Assembly: GCF_001949145.1 (NCBI RefSeq)
Contig: NW_019091356.1
Coordinates: forward strand, 1,116,789 to 1,180,788
DNA: 64,000 nt
Direction: 5' to 3'
Source: Acanthaster planci
Lineage: Eukaryota
Shown here: piece by piece, positions 52,113 to 64,000 of the stretch
Layout: every line of letters starts with the position of its first letter
Position numbering within the stretch: the first letter of the stretch is position 1
Notes under the pieces: model-generated
What the model was told of the DNA's origin: nothing
Database searches by the model: none
What the model saw: only the letters and a program-made list of their open reading frames with translations
Position numbers and translations under genes: made by a program

Positions 52113-52493
52113 ATGGAGCGGCGACTTTTTCTTGGTTGGTCCACGGTCTTAGTTCTCCTCGTGCCTTTGTTAATAGAGCTCCCACGACAGTCGTCAGCGG
52201 CGCCCTTCAACTACTCGGCGCACTGCCGCGATATGAACCGCGGTACAAACGCGCTCTTCCTATACACAGTACGCCAGTTCGAGGACCGGGTGGCGGCGCT
52301 GTACAACCGCCACTTCAGCAAGGATTTAACGCCCCCTCACGGCATTAACCGCCTGGTCAGGATGTACTACCGTCTGAGGGAGGTGCGGGACCAGGCCCAA
52401 GACATCGAGCAGCTGGTCAGCGAGGTGGAGGAGGTGTTCCTCCTACGATTGGGGAGGCTAGAGAGGGACTGTAAGATGCAGATACACGGCTAG
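52113..52493 (+). CDS. Small secreted protein, family member C (126 aa): signal peptide, C-x81-C core, C-terminal His-Gly-stop
   Basis: Acceptor 9 nt upstream and aagATGG start context. Hydrophobic VLVLLVPLLI with an SSA|AP cleavage-like site, high GC3, two Cys, NYS sequon. Confidence 0.88.
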   Translation: MERRLFLGWSTVLVLLVPLLIELPRQSSAAPFNYSAHCRDMNRGTNALFLYTVRQFEDRVAALYNRHFSKDLTPPHGINRLVRMYYRLREVRDQAQDIEQLVSEVEEVFLLRLGRLERDCKMQIHG

Positions 52494-55019
52494 ATTTGGA
52501 ATGACCCAAAAGATGACCTGACAGATGACAGAACAACCAGTGGCGGGGACAGGATAGTTTGAGAGGAAAGAGGACTTCAGTAACTGGTGGGCTTCAAAGC
52601 GATTAGGCACTCGGAGGAGTAGGCGCTTTGGGTTTAAGAGTGATTCAAAATGCAGTATAATCTGAGCAATGTAAACGGGCGTGAGGGTTGGGAAGGAGGG
52701 ACTTCAACCCTTAATTCCTGTTCTGGCCACTGAAAAACCACGTCTGGGACAAGAACTCGTGTTGTCGACCTTGTCTGGGACAAAAGCCACATTCACCGCC
52801 GGATCGACAGATTAGAGACTTCCTACATAAAAACTTAACCTATTTTAGATCCGCTGCTAATCTTAATGCGAAGGTAAAAAATCTATGTTTATCTCCGTTC
52901 CCTGTGCAGGATTTGTTACAATTTAGCTTATAAAACAACCTGTAAATAGGAGCTTTCTCCATAGTAACATTACACGTAATAAGATGATACTGGCGCCCAC
53001 TCGCAATAGCTCCATAGCTGTAGTGAGTTACTGAAGAACGCGCACTCTAGGTATCACTTCAGTATACGACATATAAATCGTATTGCCCCACTCTCCTACA
53101 ATATAGAGCTACAAAGAACACTTGAAATAAGATATTGGTTTCTTCTAATATTGCCTATCACTGGTCTGACCTCCAAGTCACGTAGTCACTCTAAACTACA
53201 CACACCGATCATCTTTACAAGTCATGCAATCCCCGATCGAAAAAAATGGCACGAGAGTGGGAAATATAAGACGGAAATGAATAGTATACTTTTATGCATA
53301 TTCAAGTTCGCCGTGAGGTAGATGGAATTCATATCTTTGCTTTCAAACACAACTCTTACGAATTTAACCTGTATCAATATTGACATTTTGTATCATTTTC
53401 GATCAGATCCTTCTTTGGCGCCCACGCATCTCATATTTTTTCCCTCCAAGTGAACCGTATACTAACAGACGACGAAAACTGTCAATCCATACTCTTGAAA
53501 AAACTGTCTACATTGTGGACAGCCCAAGGCACCTAATGTCTGACAAAATCGAATTCACAGTTCAATTGCGCGCTGATAAAAGTAGTTACATGAATACACC
53601 AGGCAATCACCGTGCCTTTGTGTTTCGCCCAGGCCTTTTTATAGTGTGACCTGTCCTGCTGTTAGTGTCGATGACCATCAAGTTATTGACAACAAAATGA
53701 GCTCCCAATGAGAATCTTTTAGTTCAGAGTTCCACGCCATAAAAACTTTCATTCAGTGAATACTCAGTGATATGAAAAGATGTTGTAGTCCATAAATATT
53801 AACATTAGATGTTCTCTTACGCAAGGACAAACTGTAATACTTGTTACGATTGGCAACGCCCACATTTATATTTCCCAATGTTATTTCAAATTCAGAGCCA
53901 TATTATGCAGGGAGACTTGCGACATGAGGTCATGCATGCCGCCATTTTGCTTGGGTTTTGGCGCGTGGGCTCGCACTGATCGCTTGGAACTTGACCAAAC
54001 CCCGACCAAACTTTGACTGGGTTCCACATTTGCTGCAAACTTCCAAACATGTCCCAACTTTCTCTGTATACTGCTCTGTTCAAAATAAAGAACGCCCTGA
54101 AAGGTTTTCATGTTTACGAGAAATAGATTCGTTTAACTCTTAAACTCAGCTGCAATGTGAAATAGCCAGTCATATATGCAGATGCGGTATATAATTTGCA
54201 GAGTTCCACAGCCCGTAGACTTAGTGTTTTTAAATTAGGTGTAATACCATAGGTTATCTGAGAAATAATTGCGATTAAAAAATTGTTAAAATTAGCAAAA
54301 TAAAAGCAACTAGTTGATTTAAGAATGACTATTTTCAGGTTGAGTCTTTCACCTCCGAAGCCTTTATTCTGTTGGCTTTTCGGTGCAAGAAAAATAAAGA
54401 TTCGAAATTATTACCAAGTATAAATAGTATAAATAGTAATAAACTGAATGTTGTACTTGCAGAATCAAAAGATGCACGACATTCGTAACTGTGATTTGAA
54501 TAAAATCAAAATTCAAACAGCAATCGTTATCTATACCTGTAATGACTCGTTTACTGTGCTTTGCTGGTTGGTCGGAACTTACTGAGTATGAATATGCTTG
54601 CTTATTCAATCCAGTCGGTTATAAATGGTAACAATGTCCTTTATTAGACATCCTGATAGAATTCCAAAGTTCGTTTTACCTTGTTATTGTCTGCACGTAA
54701 AATGTTGGAGTTCATCAGCACTCTTGTTCCCTTAGTCCTACTCCACAAGCGATGAGCGAGATAAAACAAACATAGAAGCACATAACAGGAACAGCGCGTA
54801 AGCAGCAGACAATAGTATCTCCTTACCTCTTGACACCGACTGCCATATTTCTGCTGAAATACGCTCGTGATCCATAGAGCAGCTCATGCACTCCTGAGTC
54901 AACCGAGATTGACAACTGGAGCGCATTTTACTATCTGCAAAATTCAGAATGTCTGGGTACTTTGAGGGAGCAGCTTCATAGCCACTGTAGGAGGCCAGCA
55001 GGACGCTTACACACGTACC

Positions 55020-58000
55020 ATGGGCCTACAGGCGCCAGTTCACCGGGGCCCTCGTGCATTTGTGCCGATGGTATCTGTTATTTTATTAGCTGGTTGCCAA
55101 GTCCTGGCGGAATCGGCGGGTGTAGATAGTGCGAGAAACGCCCAAGGACAAGGGGCACACGACAATGACACGGTGAGAATGGTTTTCCTTAATTTTGTAT
55201 GCAAAATCGGTCACCATTTAACAAGAAATCCAGGTTAGAGACCGCTTGGTAAATACAAGACGCTTCATCTTGCACCGAACATTTGTAAAAAGTTCTAAAG
55301 AGTTCATTTTAATATTCAACGAGGGATCGTGGATGTTGTAAAGGAAGCGCATGATTGTGGAGTATCAGTTTCCATGAAAACAATTAAATTATTCTTCAAT
55401 TGCAGGAATGACTCCTGACCACATAAATCATTTTTCTTTTAGGCCTTAATTTTCTAAGTTTTCAAACACTTCCCACATAAAAATGTCCCCGACACTTAAA
55501 CCATTTGGAACTTTTCAGAGGATGTAGGTTAAATTTACATGTGCGTTGCATGGGGGGGGCAAGAGGGTGCTTCCCCCAAAAAGTTTTAAAAGGGGGGGGG
55601 CAAAGGAAATTTTAAAAAGGAGATGGAAGTCACCAATTTGATTGAAAATACCTCGAAATTGACCCTCTTCCACTGTGAATAGTTTACCTGTCTTGTTATT
55701 GATGAGTGATTTGCCCCCTCGAGGACCCATCCCAAAAAAAAAAGGTTCACCTCTTGAAAGAATCCTGGCGAGATCTGCCTTTTGTAGACCTAACTGTGCC
55801 TTGAATGATATAAAGCTCAGCCATGCTAAGCACAACAGGTTAATTAATAGAGGTACACAAGGAATTATCGGCAGTTTGTGTGTGATGAAATGCTCGATAT
55901 CCTTTTGTTCGGAGACGAAGATAATGTTCAGCAAATACACTCGTCTTCCTAATCATTTGTTTATCTGGGTAAATCCTTAACGGCAACTTTATCCGGGCAT
56001 CCACTTTACGAATGGTGTTACCCAATGCCAATTTATCTGATCCGTCTGAATGAAATTGTAGTTGGGAGTGACTGCAAGCGGCTGTAGGTTTGTTCTGCGT
56101 TGTGATTTTCCTCCAACAATTAGGAATAGGTTATTCAACACGTGGATCGTATTCATTTGGTTTTCGGCAAGCAAGCAGGCTAGCAAATTATTCGGTGTAA
56201 TGGTAAGGTAGACACGTGTTGTTTTACTCCGTTTGTCGACTAGCTAAAGGAAAGATTATCACCATTGTCGAGAGATAACCTTTTGTCCTGCCACTTGCTG
56301 TATAGGCCTATACCTGTTGTCGCAAAACTTCACGTAAATGTGTATGGTGAATCCTTTTCTGTCTTTGCCCTGTAATTGCTGCATTTGCTAAGTACAGTCA
56401 CTCCGGGGTTATTGTTGTAACACCAATGGTTAGCAATGGCACCAGCACTGCATTTCTAAAGTTTCCGTTATCTGTTGTTGTCGATATACTCTCCCTGCTT
56501 CTTTTTTAAAACAGTGTATCTATTACCACGAACTGAACTCTGACGAACAATGCAAGTTCATCCAGACTACGGAAGATTGCAAGCCCGATAGTGGTTTCGT
56601 CAACTACTTGGAGTTTACGTACTGTTCTTTCTCGGCTGGTCTACAACCACTCGCACTAGTCATACTGGTGAGAAAAAAGAGGGCGTGTGAAGTTGTATTT
56701 TGGGTTTGTGATGAAGCAGCCAAAAAAGGTGTAACGTTAAGTGAGCATGTAGAAGGCAGTTTTCTCAGTACTTTATGTCTTTCCGCCATTTGGACTGATA
56801 GGTTTGCTCCTCGTGCGTCCTCTTTGTGTTTCCGTGGATGTGTGTTGTGGCCACAGAATGATTAGAGTTACTACAGTCACTAAAGTATATTCAGCACGAT
56901 TCCAGCGCTGCGGGTATCGTTTTTCAAAAAGAACTGACGAACACATTGGGAATTCTGAAACAACTCAGTGATTTTGTTTTTTGGTTTGCCTGTTTGTTTC
57001 TCTTCCTGATTTTTTGTCTGTCTTTGCCGTTACAGTTCGTCTGGCTTTCTTTCTTGTTTGTCTGCCTCGGGGTTGCGGCCAAAAACTTGTGAGTGTAAAG
57101 AAGACATCTGATGCTTCGGCAAAATTATTTGCATGATAAATAAGAGTTGATTGTTTGGCAGTTACTTGAAACTTTGGGAAGAAAAGTTGTTCCTTGATAG
57201 TCACATGCGCAGTCACATGCCATGCTGCAAGGCTTCGTTTGCTATTAGAAATTTATCCAAATAAGCACGCCACAATAATGTTGACTTGTTGATAAACGCC
57301 AAAAAAGATAAGTAACCCCAGGGTCGAAGTGCAAAGTCCAGCTCAACTCAGGAGACCTGGCTGATTAATTTCTCTCAGCCACTCTCATAATGCAAAATCA
57401 TAGCAAATATCGTGGAAGAAATTGCAAGAGTTCTTGTTTTTCATTTGGAAAAGGTTATTCCTCCATTGATTTGCGACTTTAGTCTGGTTTTCAGTGTTTG
57501 CACCGTTTCTTTTCTATCTTGTACAGCTTTTGTCCGGCGCTGCTGACCATCTCTAAGGCGCTGAAGCTTAGCGACAACGTTGCAATATCCTTTTTGCTCT
57601 GTGTTGCTCTTGCTTCAAGTGTATTCATTTTGAAACCCACTCTAGGGGAGGAAAGTGCTGATTTGGTTTGCTGGATACTTGGTATCCTGGTTTCTAGACG
57701 AGTTTATCAGTTATTTCGCGTATCGCATCATTCAACTTAGACATTTATGATAGGCCCCTCCTTCTCTGGCTACGTTAGTGCATCAGATTTCGAGCAACTG
57801 TTCTGGGTAAGGTGAATGTCAAATTTGTGTCACATTGGCACTGAATCCGCCATAAAATCATTTTAGAATATTCTTGATTTAAAATGCACGCTGTCGTATC
57901 AGTGACTGACACCAAAGCTCTTTTTCGGAGTCGTTGTTCAGCCTTAACGTTTTAGGTGTCAACACGGAGTGACGTTCCTAGCCTTTGGCAATGGCGCCCC

Positions 58001-61000
58001 TGATGTTTTCAGTGCTGTTGTGGCCATCACGAATTCTAAAGATGGAGATGCAGGGTTGGCCATTGGCGCGCTCTTCGGTAAGTTAGAATTGTTTGAGCTT
58101 TTGTAATCACAATGTAATCCTGAGCTCCTTTGTGAATAATAACATTCTATATAAAGGACAAGCAACCTTTGAAAGTACCTTTTTTGCACAATCATTCCAA
58201 ATGTTTGTCATATTGCTACACAAAATAATGTTTCAACGACGACGACCTCGCTTTGAAATGAGGGGTCAGCTTATCATTTCCTCTTCAAACATACCAACGA
58301 AGTTGGACTTTTTAAGCTTTCAACGGGTCCATCCTCCCCTAAGCCTCTAAGTTCCTTAGTTATTTCCTAGCAAAGCAAGCCAACCCACCAATACTTCGTA
58401 CATTCCGGTACTGAGCCCGCCTCCAAGCTGATAAACTCCCCTTCCTATGAATGAAATTGCTGCTGTTGCTTGTGCTTGACGCCGCAAACATGATCTTCCC
58501 TCAGTCTCGGCAGCGAGAACCTTTAATCAATCTTGCACACTTTCAAGGAATGGCTAACCAACTTCGCCTTTCATAAAAACAGGAGCCGCTGTGTTCATCA
58601 CGACCTTTGTGGCGGGTACCATTTCCGCCCTGAACTCCTTCGAGGTAGCGCAGGTGCCGTTCCTGAGGGACGCCATCTTTGTCGTGGGGGCGTCCTACTG
58701 GACTTTCTACATCCTGTACACAGGACAGATATGGACCTCGGAGGCTGTAGGTGAGGTGAAGTGTTCTGAGGTTTCGTGCCCCACCTGCCTCTGTAAACCA
58801 CATCTGGTGTGGCTATTCGGTGCACTTATTAAACGACGACGTGGGACAAGTAGTAGGCCTAACCCACAGCGATAAACTATTCTCGCATATCGTGTACCCA
58901 AATCCAGACTCTTTGGTATTTATTTTACTTGGAAAAAAATTGCCTTCGTCATTGTCAAGAAAATCCTTGTATAATTTGTTTTATATTGAGAGTAATCGGT
59001 GTGGAATTCCTTCAAAACTGTAGTATCCATCTGAAGTGATCAGTTTCATCTTTTAGGAAAAATCAAGAAACAAACAAGAAATTTGAATATTTTCACACAA
59101 CATTATATCTTTCAGGATTCATATTGCTGTACATATTTTACGTGATCGTCGTTTTGGTTTCAATACGATTCACGAAGCCTGCCAATGTGACCATACCTAA
59201 GATAGACGGTAGTGGGTCTTATAAGCGTCTGGAAGAGGGTCCAAACACTGAGACCCAAGAAGTAACTAGCGACATCGATCAACTTGCCGAATGCCCTCTT
59301 AAAGATGAGCAACATGTATCAACAAACAGCTTTGAATTGGCAAAAGATGACGCAGACACGGACATGGACAATAAGTGTCAGATTGAAGATGCCTCTTGTG
59401 ACTCACCCGAAGAAGTTAGCCCTGAAAGAGACTCTAACCTCAAAGATGACGACGTGGAAAAGCCAACAGCAGACGGCATAGGCGAGGATCTCATAACCGA
59501 AGAAAATGACCCTAGCGAGAACGTAGTAATCTCCTGCAAGACGCCGGAAAAAGAACCACTTCCAGCCAAGCGGAAAACTAATTTTGGAACCATACATCCC
59601 GTCGACGGACCAGGGGAGCCTTCTGACATAGGCCTCATAAAATCCAATGAGTTCTCCAGGGGCTGCACCGAACAGGAACCATTGCTCCCCAAATCAAAGA
59701 AACGCAGTGGTCCGTGCCACCAATTGGGGGCACTGTTCAGGGACGTCAACCCTATCGATTTTGAGGGATGGAAAAGCAAAGGTTACGTCATGAGAGCCTT
59801 TGAAATATTCAAGGTAACCCACCGCGTGTTTTCAAAGAGGGATTTATCAACTAGCACAACGATGAACTAAGAGGCGGGCACAAATAAAGAAATTCAATTA
59901 AAAGATTATAAGAAAATGTTCCAAACTGTCAAAATGCATACTCATTATGCAAACAGCGCCAGTACATTGGAAACCCTGCCTAGGCATCCTTGCCGTGTGA
60001 AATTTCCCCTACTAAAGATCGATGACGAATCCTTACTTGGACCTGCCCATACATTAAGTTCATTGTCCACAGTTAACAAGATGCGTCTGCCAACTTTTCA
60101 TCCAAGACTGCCGAGATAATTTCAGCTCGCATGGGATCATGAAGATTTTGCTTTTCACATGTTGGTCTTTTCCATTCCTAGTCTCCAATCAAGCTGTTAC
60201 TGCTAATCACGGTTCCCCTTGTCCACCACGACAAGTGTAGTTGGAATAAGCCTCTGAATTGTCTACAGCTTCTAGTTGGACCAGTCTGCTGTGTCTTCAT
60301 TACGAATAGTAAGCTCAGTTCTTAAACGATAGATACTAGATACTAGACCAAGAAGGACGAGACCGTGTATTTTCTTTTCGAAAGGCTCTTCACTCCGAGC
60401 ACTGCTTGACTTAAAATATCTTGAAATATTACTCTAAGGTTCATACAGTTTTACCTTCTTGATTCCTAGGTTACAATACAGTCATAGCAGGTCAATTCTA
60501 CCTGTGGCATCTGGTGTTGTGTCTCGGTGCTCTTCTATTCATCATCGCTTTCCTCACATCTAAGCCAAGCCAACCTCCAGTTTACTATATAGTGAGCAAA
60601 CCCAAGCTTTTCAAAACAATCCTCAAACACGAATTTAATTTTTTGAAGAAAATACAATAAAAACAAAAGCATAAAGTGACTGAAATGAATGCTGCAAAAT
60701 TCAACGTTGCAATAAGTACAATATTTGACTAAACATCTTCACATTCACATACAATTAAGTTGACCTTCACGGCAGGATGTCACACGTATCAAAGGGAGGT
60801 ATCTGGTGTTGATTGACGTTAAAATGATACAGTTCGCATTGTAATAATTTTACAAAATTGTTTGCCGGTATGGTTGTTCTTCTTGCAGGCATTTGCATTT
60901 CTCGGCTTCGTCATCTCTGTATGCTGGATCTTTGGCATCGCTAATGAAATCATCAATCTTTTAAGGGTGAGTTGAAGCAGAACAGACGTAGAGATGCCCC

Positions 61001-62518
61001 GGCTTTCATGCAGAAAATGAATAACATAAACAGTCTCCCTGAGAGAATAATTAATTTGTTCGATTATTTCTGTGAATGGGTCTGTTTTTGTGATCCAGAG
61101 CAAATTAACAACGTTGATAGAAGCATGAAGATAACACAAGTAAGGTACATTAAAATGAGACTATTTTCGATGGAAGAGGCAAGTTTGCTCTTTGGCTCTT
61201 CTCAAAGCATCTTGGGAGCTTGCTCTCTCTCTCTATGCATACAAAATTTATTATTATCATTTCTTAGATGTACGGCATTGTCTTTGACCTCAGTGATGCC
61301 ATTCTAGGACTGACGTTTCTGGCATTGGGCAACTGTATAGGAGGTAAGCTCACAAATTACAATTCGAGATAATCTTGCGGTCAGAATTTAACATTGTAAT
61401 ATTAGATTTGCTAGTATTTTTAATGTGTTTTTGCACATTAGTTTTTAAAGTGGAAAGTAGAGAGTATCTCAGCACCGCTTTATTGCAGTTTGATTTTCCT
61501 TTTTTTTTTCAACCAGATCTCGTGAATGATATAGCTATGGCCAAGCAGGGCGCCCCCAACATGGCCATATCTGCATGTTTCGGAGGGCCCATTTTCAGTA
61601 TCCTTTTTTGAATAACGTATAAATGAAACAAAAGAGGTATAGCTGTTGGGGAATTAATGTTGTAAAAAGCCTTGAAAACTTTGTCATTTTGTATTTTTAA
61701 GAAGCGTAGTTTGTCGAGATAAGTCGTGAATAGGTTTTCTTTTGCCTACCAGCTTGTGTTCCGATGCAAAGGCTTTTCCTCTTTGGTTTATATGAAAAGT
61801 ATAAATCGTCGCACAAATCGTCCAAGCACGAGACGAAAATTTAAAATCAAGCCACTAAATACAGCAATATAATTACAGCAGTTCTGGCAATTAATAGTTC
61901 AATGAATTGACGAGGGCAGAATCATATGCAAGGTAGCTCCGATATTTTGGGGAAATATTGGATGTAACGTGGCAGCCACCGTAATGTTTGATCCGACGGT
62001 TCCATCTACAACAGCCCATTGATTTCCTTAATGCGCCACTCGTTCAGATATGTTGATTGGGATAGGAGTAGCAACTACCATTGCAACGGCACAGAACGGT
62101 GGAATTTTCAAAGTAGGTTATTATTTTGTCCTTTTCACGTGCTCACGGAAATTTCTAAACTTTTGGCAGGATAGGAGATAACTTCAGTTCACTGCACATT
62201 TAGTTAAACGTGATGAAAGGAATGGTTAAAGTTTTCTGTTTATTTATGGTCGTGTACAGAGCAGCGAATGCAGAGTCAAACATATTCACGGCGCATTCAA
62301 TCTCGCTTTCGGTTTTGCTACTTTTATTTCAGTTGAAGACGGACACACTGCAGTTTGTATTGGCCGCCGGTCTAGGCATCAGCCTCTTCACGTCCATGTT
62401 CTTCATGATAGCAGCCAGGTTCCGGGCAACTAAAATCTATGCTGTTCTGCTGTATATCTTTTACGCGGTGTTTCTGACTATCGCCATCTTGACCGAAACC
62501 AAAGTCATCAAGTGGTGA
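55020..62518 (+). CDS. SLC8B1: Cation/Ca2+ exchanger of the CCX clade (NCLX/NCKX6-like), 14 coding exons
   Basis: Phase-consistent exons assembled by hand: 55020-55172, 56515-56667, 57036-57088, 57527-57584, 57966-58077, 58583-58750, 59116-59813, 60182-60308, 60470-60591, 60889-60966, 61268-61343, 61517-61597, 62048-62112, 62333-62518. Alpha-1 repeat GVTFLAFGNGAPDVFS; alpha-2 GLTFLALGNCIGDL; AISACFGGPIFNML; Cys-containing N-terminal region ...NYLEFTYC. Confidence 0.92.
57585..57965 (+). other. U12-type (minor spliceosome) AT-AC intron
   Basis: 5' splice site ATATCCTTT, branch-point-like CCTTAAC at 57942-57948, 3' AC at 57964-57965. Removal joins ...SDNVA|GVTFLAFGNGAPD in frame. Confidence 0.9.
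61598..62047 (+). other. U12-type GT-AG intron
   Basis: 5' splice site GTATCCTTT, branch-point-like TTCCTTAAT at 62024-62032, AG at 62046-62047. Removal gives GGPIF-N-MLIGIG in frame. Confidence 0.88.
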
Positions 62519-63586
62519 AAAATAAATGTAAAATATCCTGCCTTCCTAGTCAGTTTATTCAACTCTCTTTTTTATACGTTTAGGCAATATTTCCTTCAAC
62601 TATGAAGTTATTTAAATCTGTTTTCTCAGATAATATTTGAGACTTTTAGGGGAGTTACCACCCCTTCATACTTCTATTTTAGAATTTTGTTAACCCGAAA
62701 TAATTGTTAATGCTAAACTCATCAGTTCAGTGATACTAAGATATACAATACCAAGTCTGATACCTCAGTCGTGGTCTGTGCCACATACACCTTTTTAGTT
62801 AGTTTTTCAAATGCATCCGCCAATGTTTTGAATTTCCAAGGGTTTGAAATATTTCTGGTTAAGGAAAAACTTTTTTTCCATTTATAGTGTAATGATCAGC
62901 GACGCTGTGACCTCAAAGCTATCTGTTATCTACGTGTAAATTCTACCGAAAAGAAACACAGAACACAGAACCAAATAATTTTTCTCTTTGCCAATAAAAT
63001 CAAACGTTAACTGTTTATTAATTCCTTTTCGTTTTCCTTCATTGATCTTCAGCCCATTTGTCATTTTTGATCGACACAAAAAACTACAAAATATGTTTGA
63101 AAAACATGAACAACCTGAGCAAGTAAAAAAAACAAATACGGAATAACTTTGACCTTAGATTTGGCAAATTATGCAACTAAAAAGAATTCGAAAACTTAAA
63201 AAGGATTTTGCTTAAAGAAAGGGATTTCAATCCAAAGAATTTATGTCTGATCTGATTGAAATCAGTCTGCAGTAAATTTAAATGTTTTGGAGATTATTCG
63301 ATGCTATTCGATACTATGTAATGACTGAGGCACGTGATAGGTATTTTGTGTAAAGGATTAATTCGGCACGTACGTTGCTCTACTGAGGGCTATATTGCGC
63401 CATGGGCATAGTTTACCAGCTAGCACAATTTGGGATTTTATTCGGATGGGTTCCGTGGCTATTCAAAATATTTGGTCAACTTTAATACTGCTAATTGATA
63501 TTGATTCAGTCATGTCCAATTTATAAAACGAGATGGTTTCATTGTCTTGGAATGTCTTCACGGACGCATGTCTGACCTGGAGTCCT

Positions 63587-63999
<413 letters not shown>

Positions 64000-64000
64000 A

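Noticed and set aside
52220..52400. Local resemblance of member C (MNRGTNALFLY; RLVRMYY) to vertebrate LIF helices A and B as recalled (LNGSANALFILY; KLVELYR)
   Set aside because: Short matches from memory that are not shared by A or B, and the ~97-aa mature protein is too short for a long-chain four-helix cytokine. It needs HHpred/Foldseek before any claim.

Overview
Eukaryotic (metazoan) genomic DNA with spliceosomal introns and three N-gaps. An invertebrate deuterostome such as an echinoderm is plausible from gene content and SINE style, but this cannot be verified here. Recognisable genes: the last coding exon of a rather divergent Smad2/3-type R-Smad (+, 2.7-3.0 kb); a convergent F-box/WD40 gene with a single coding exon (-, 8.3-9.7 kb); a complete 14-exon SLC8B1/NCLX-like Ca2+/cation exchanger with two U12-type introns, one AT-AC (+, 55.0-62.5 kb); and the last two exons of a cathepsin L-like protease (-, 63.6-63.9 kb). 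The most interesting signal lies at 18-53 kb: a cluster of highly divergent but alignable genes for small, probably helical proteins with a C-x(77-81)-C frame. Three have a clear signal peptide and most have prohormone-like C-termini (L-GKR, H-G-stop, L-RR-stop). The cluster has two near-identical tandem copies (18.6 and 21.2 kb), single copies at 44.7 and 52.1 kb, and a disrupted copy at 35-36 kb. I do not recognise the family; it is a candidate undescribed peptide-hormone/cytokine-like gene cluster. The rest is introns, UTRs, LINE/SINE/MITE remnants and simple repeats.
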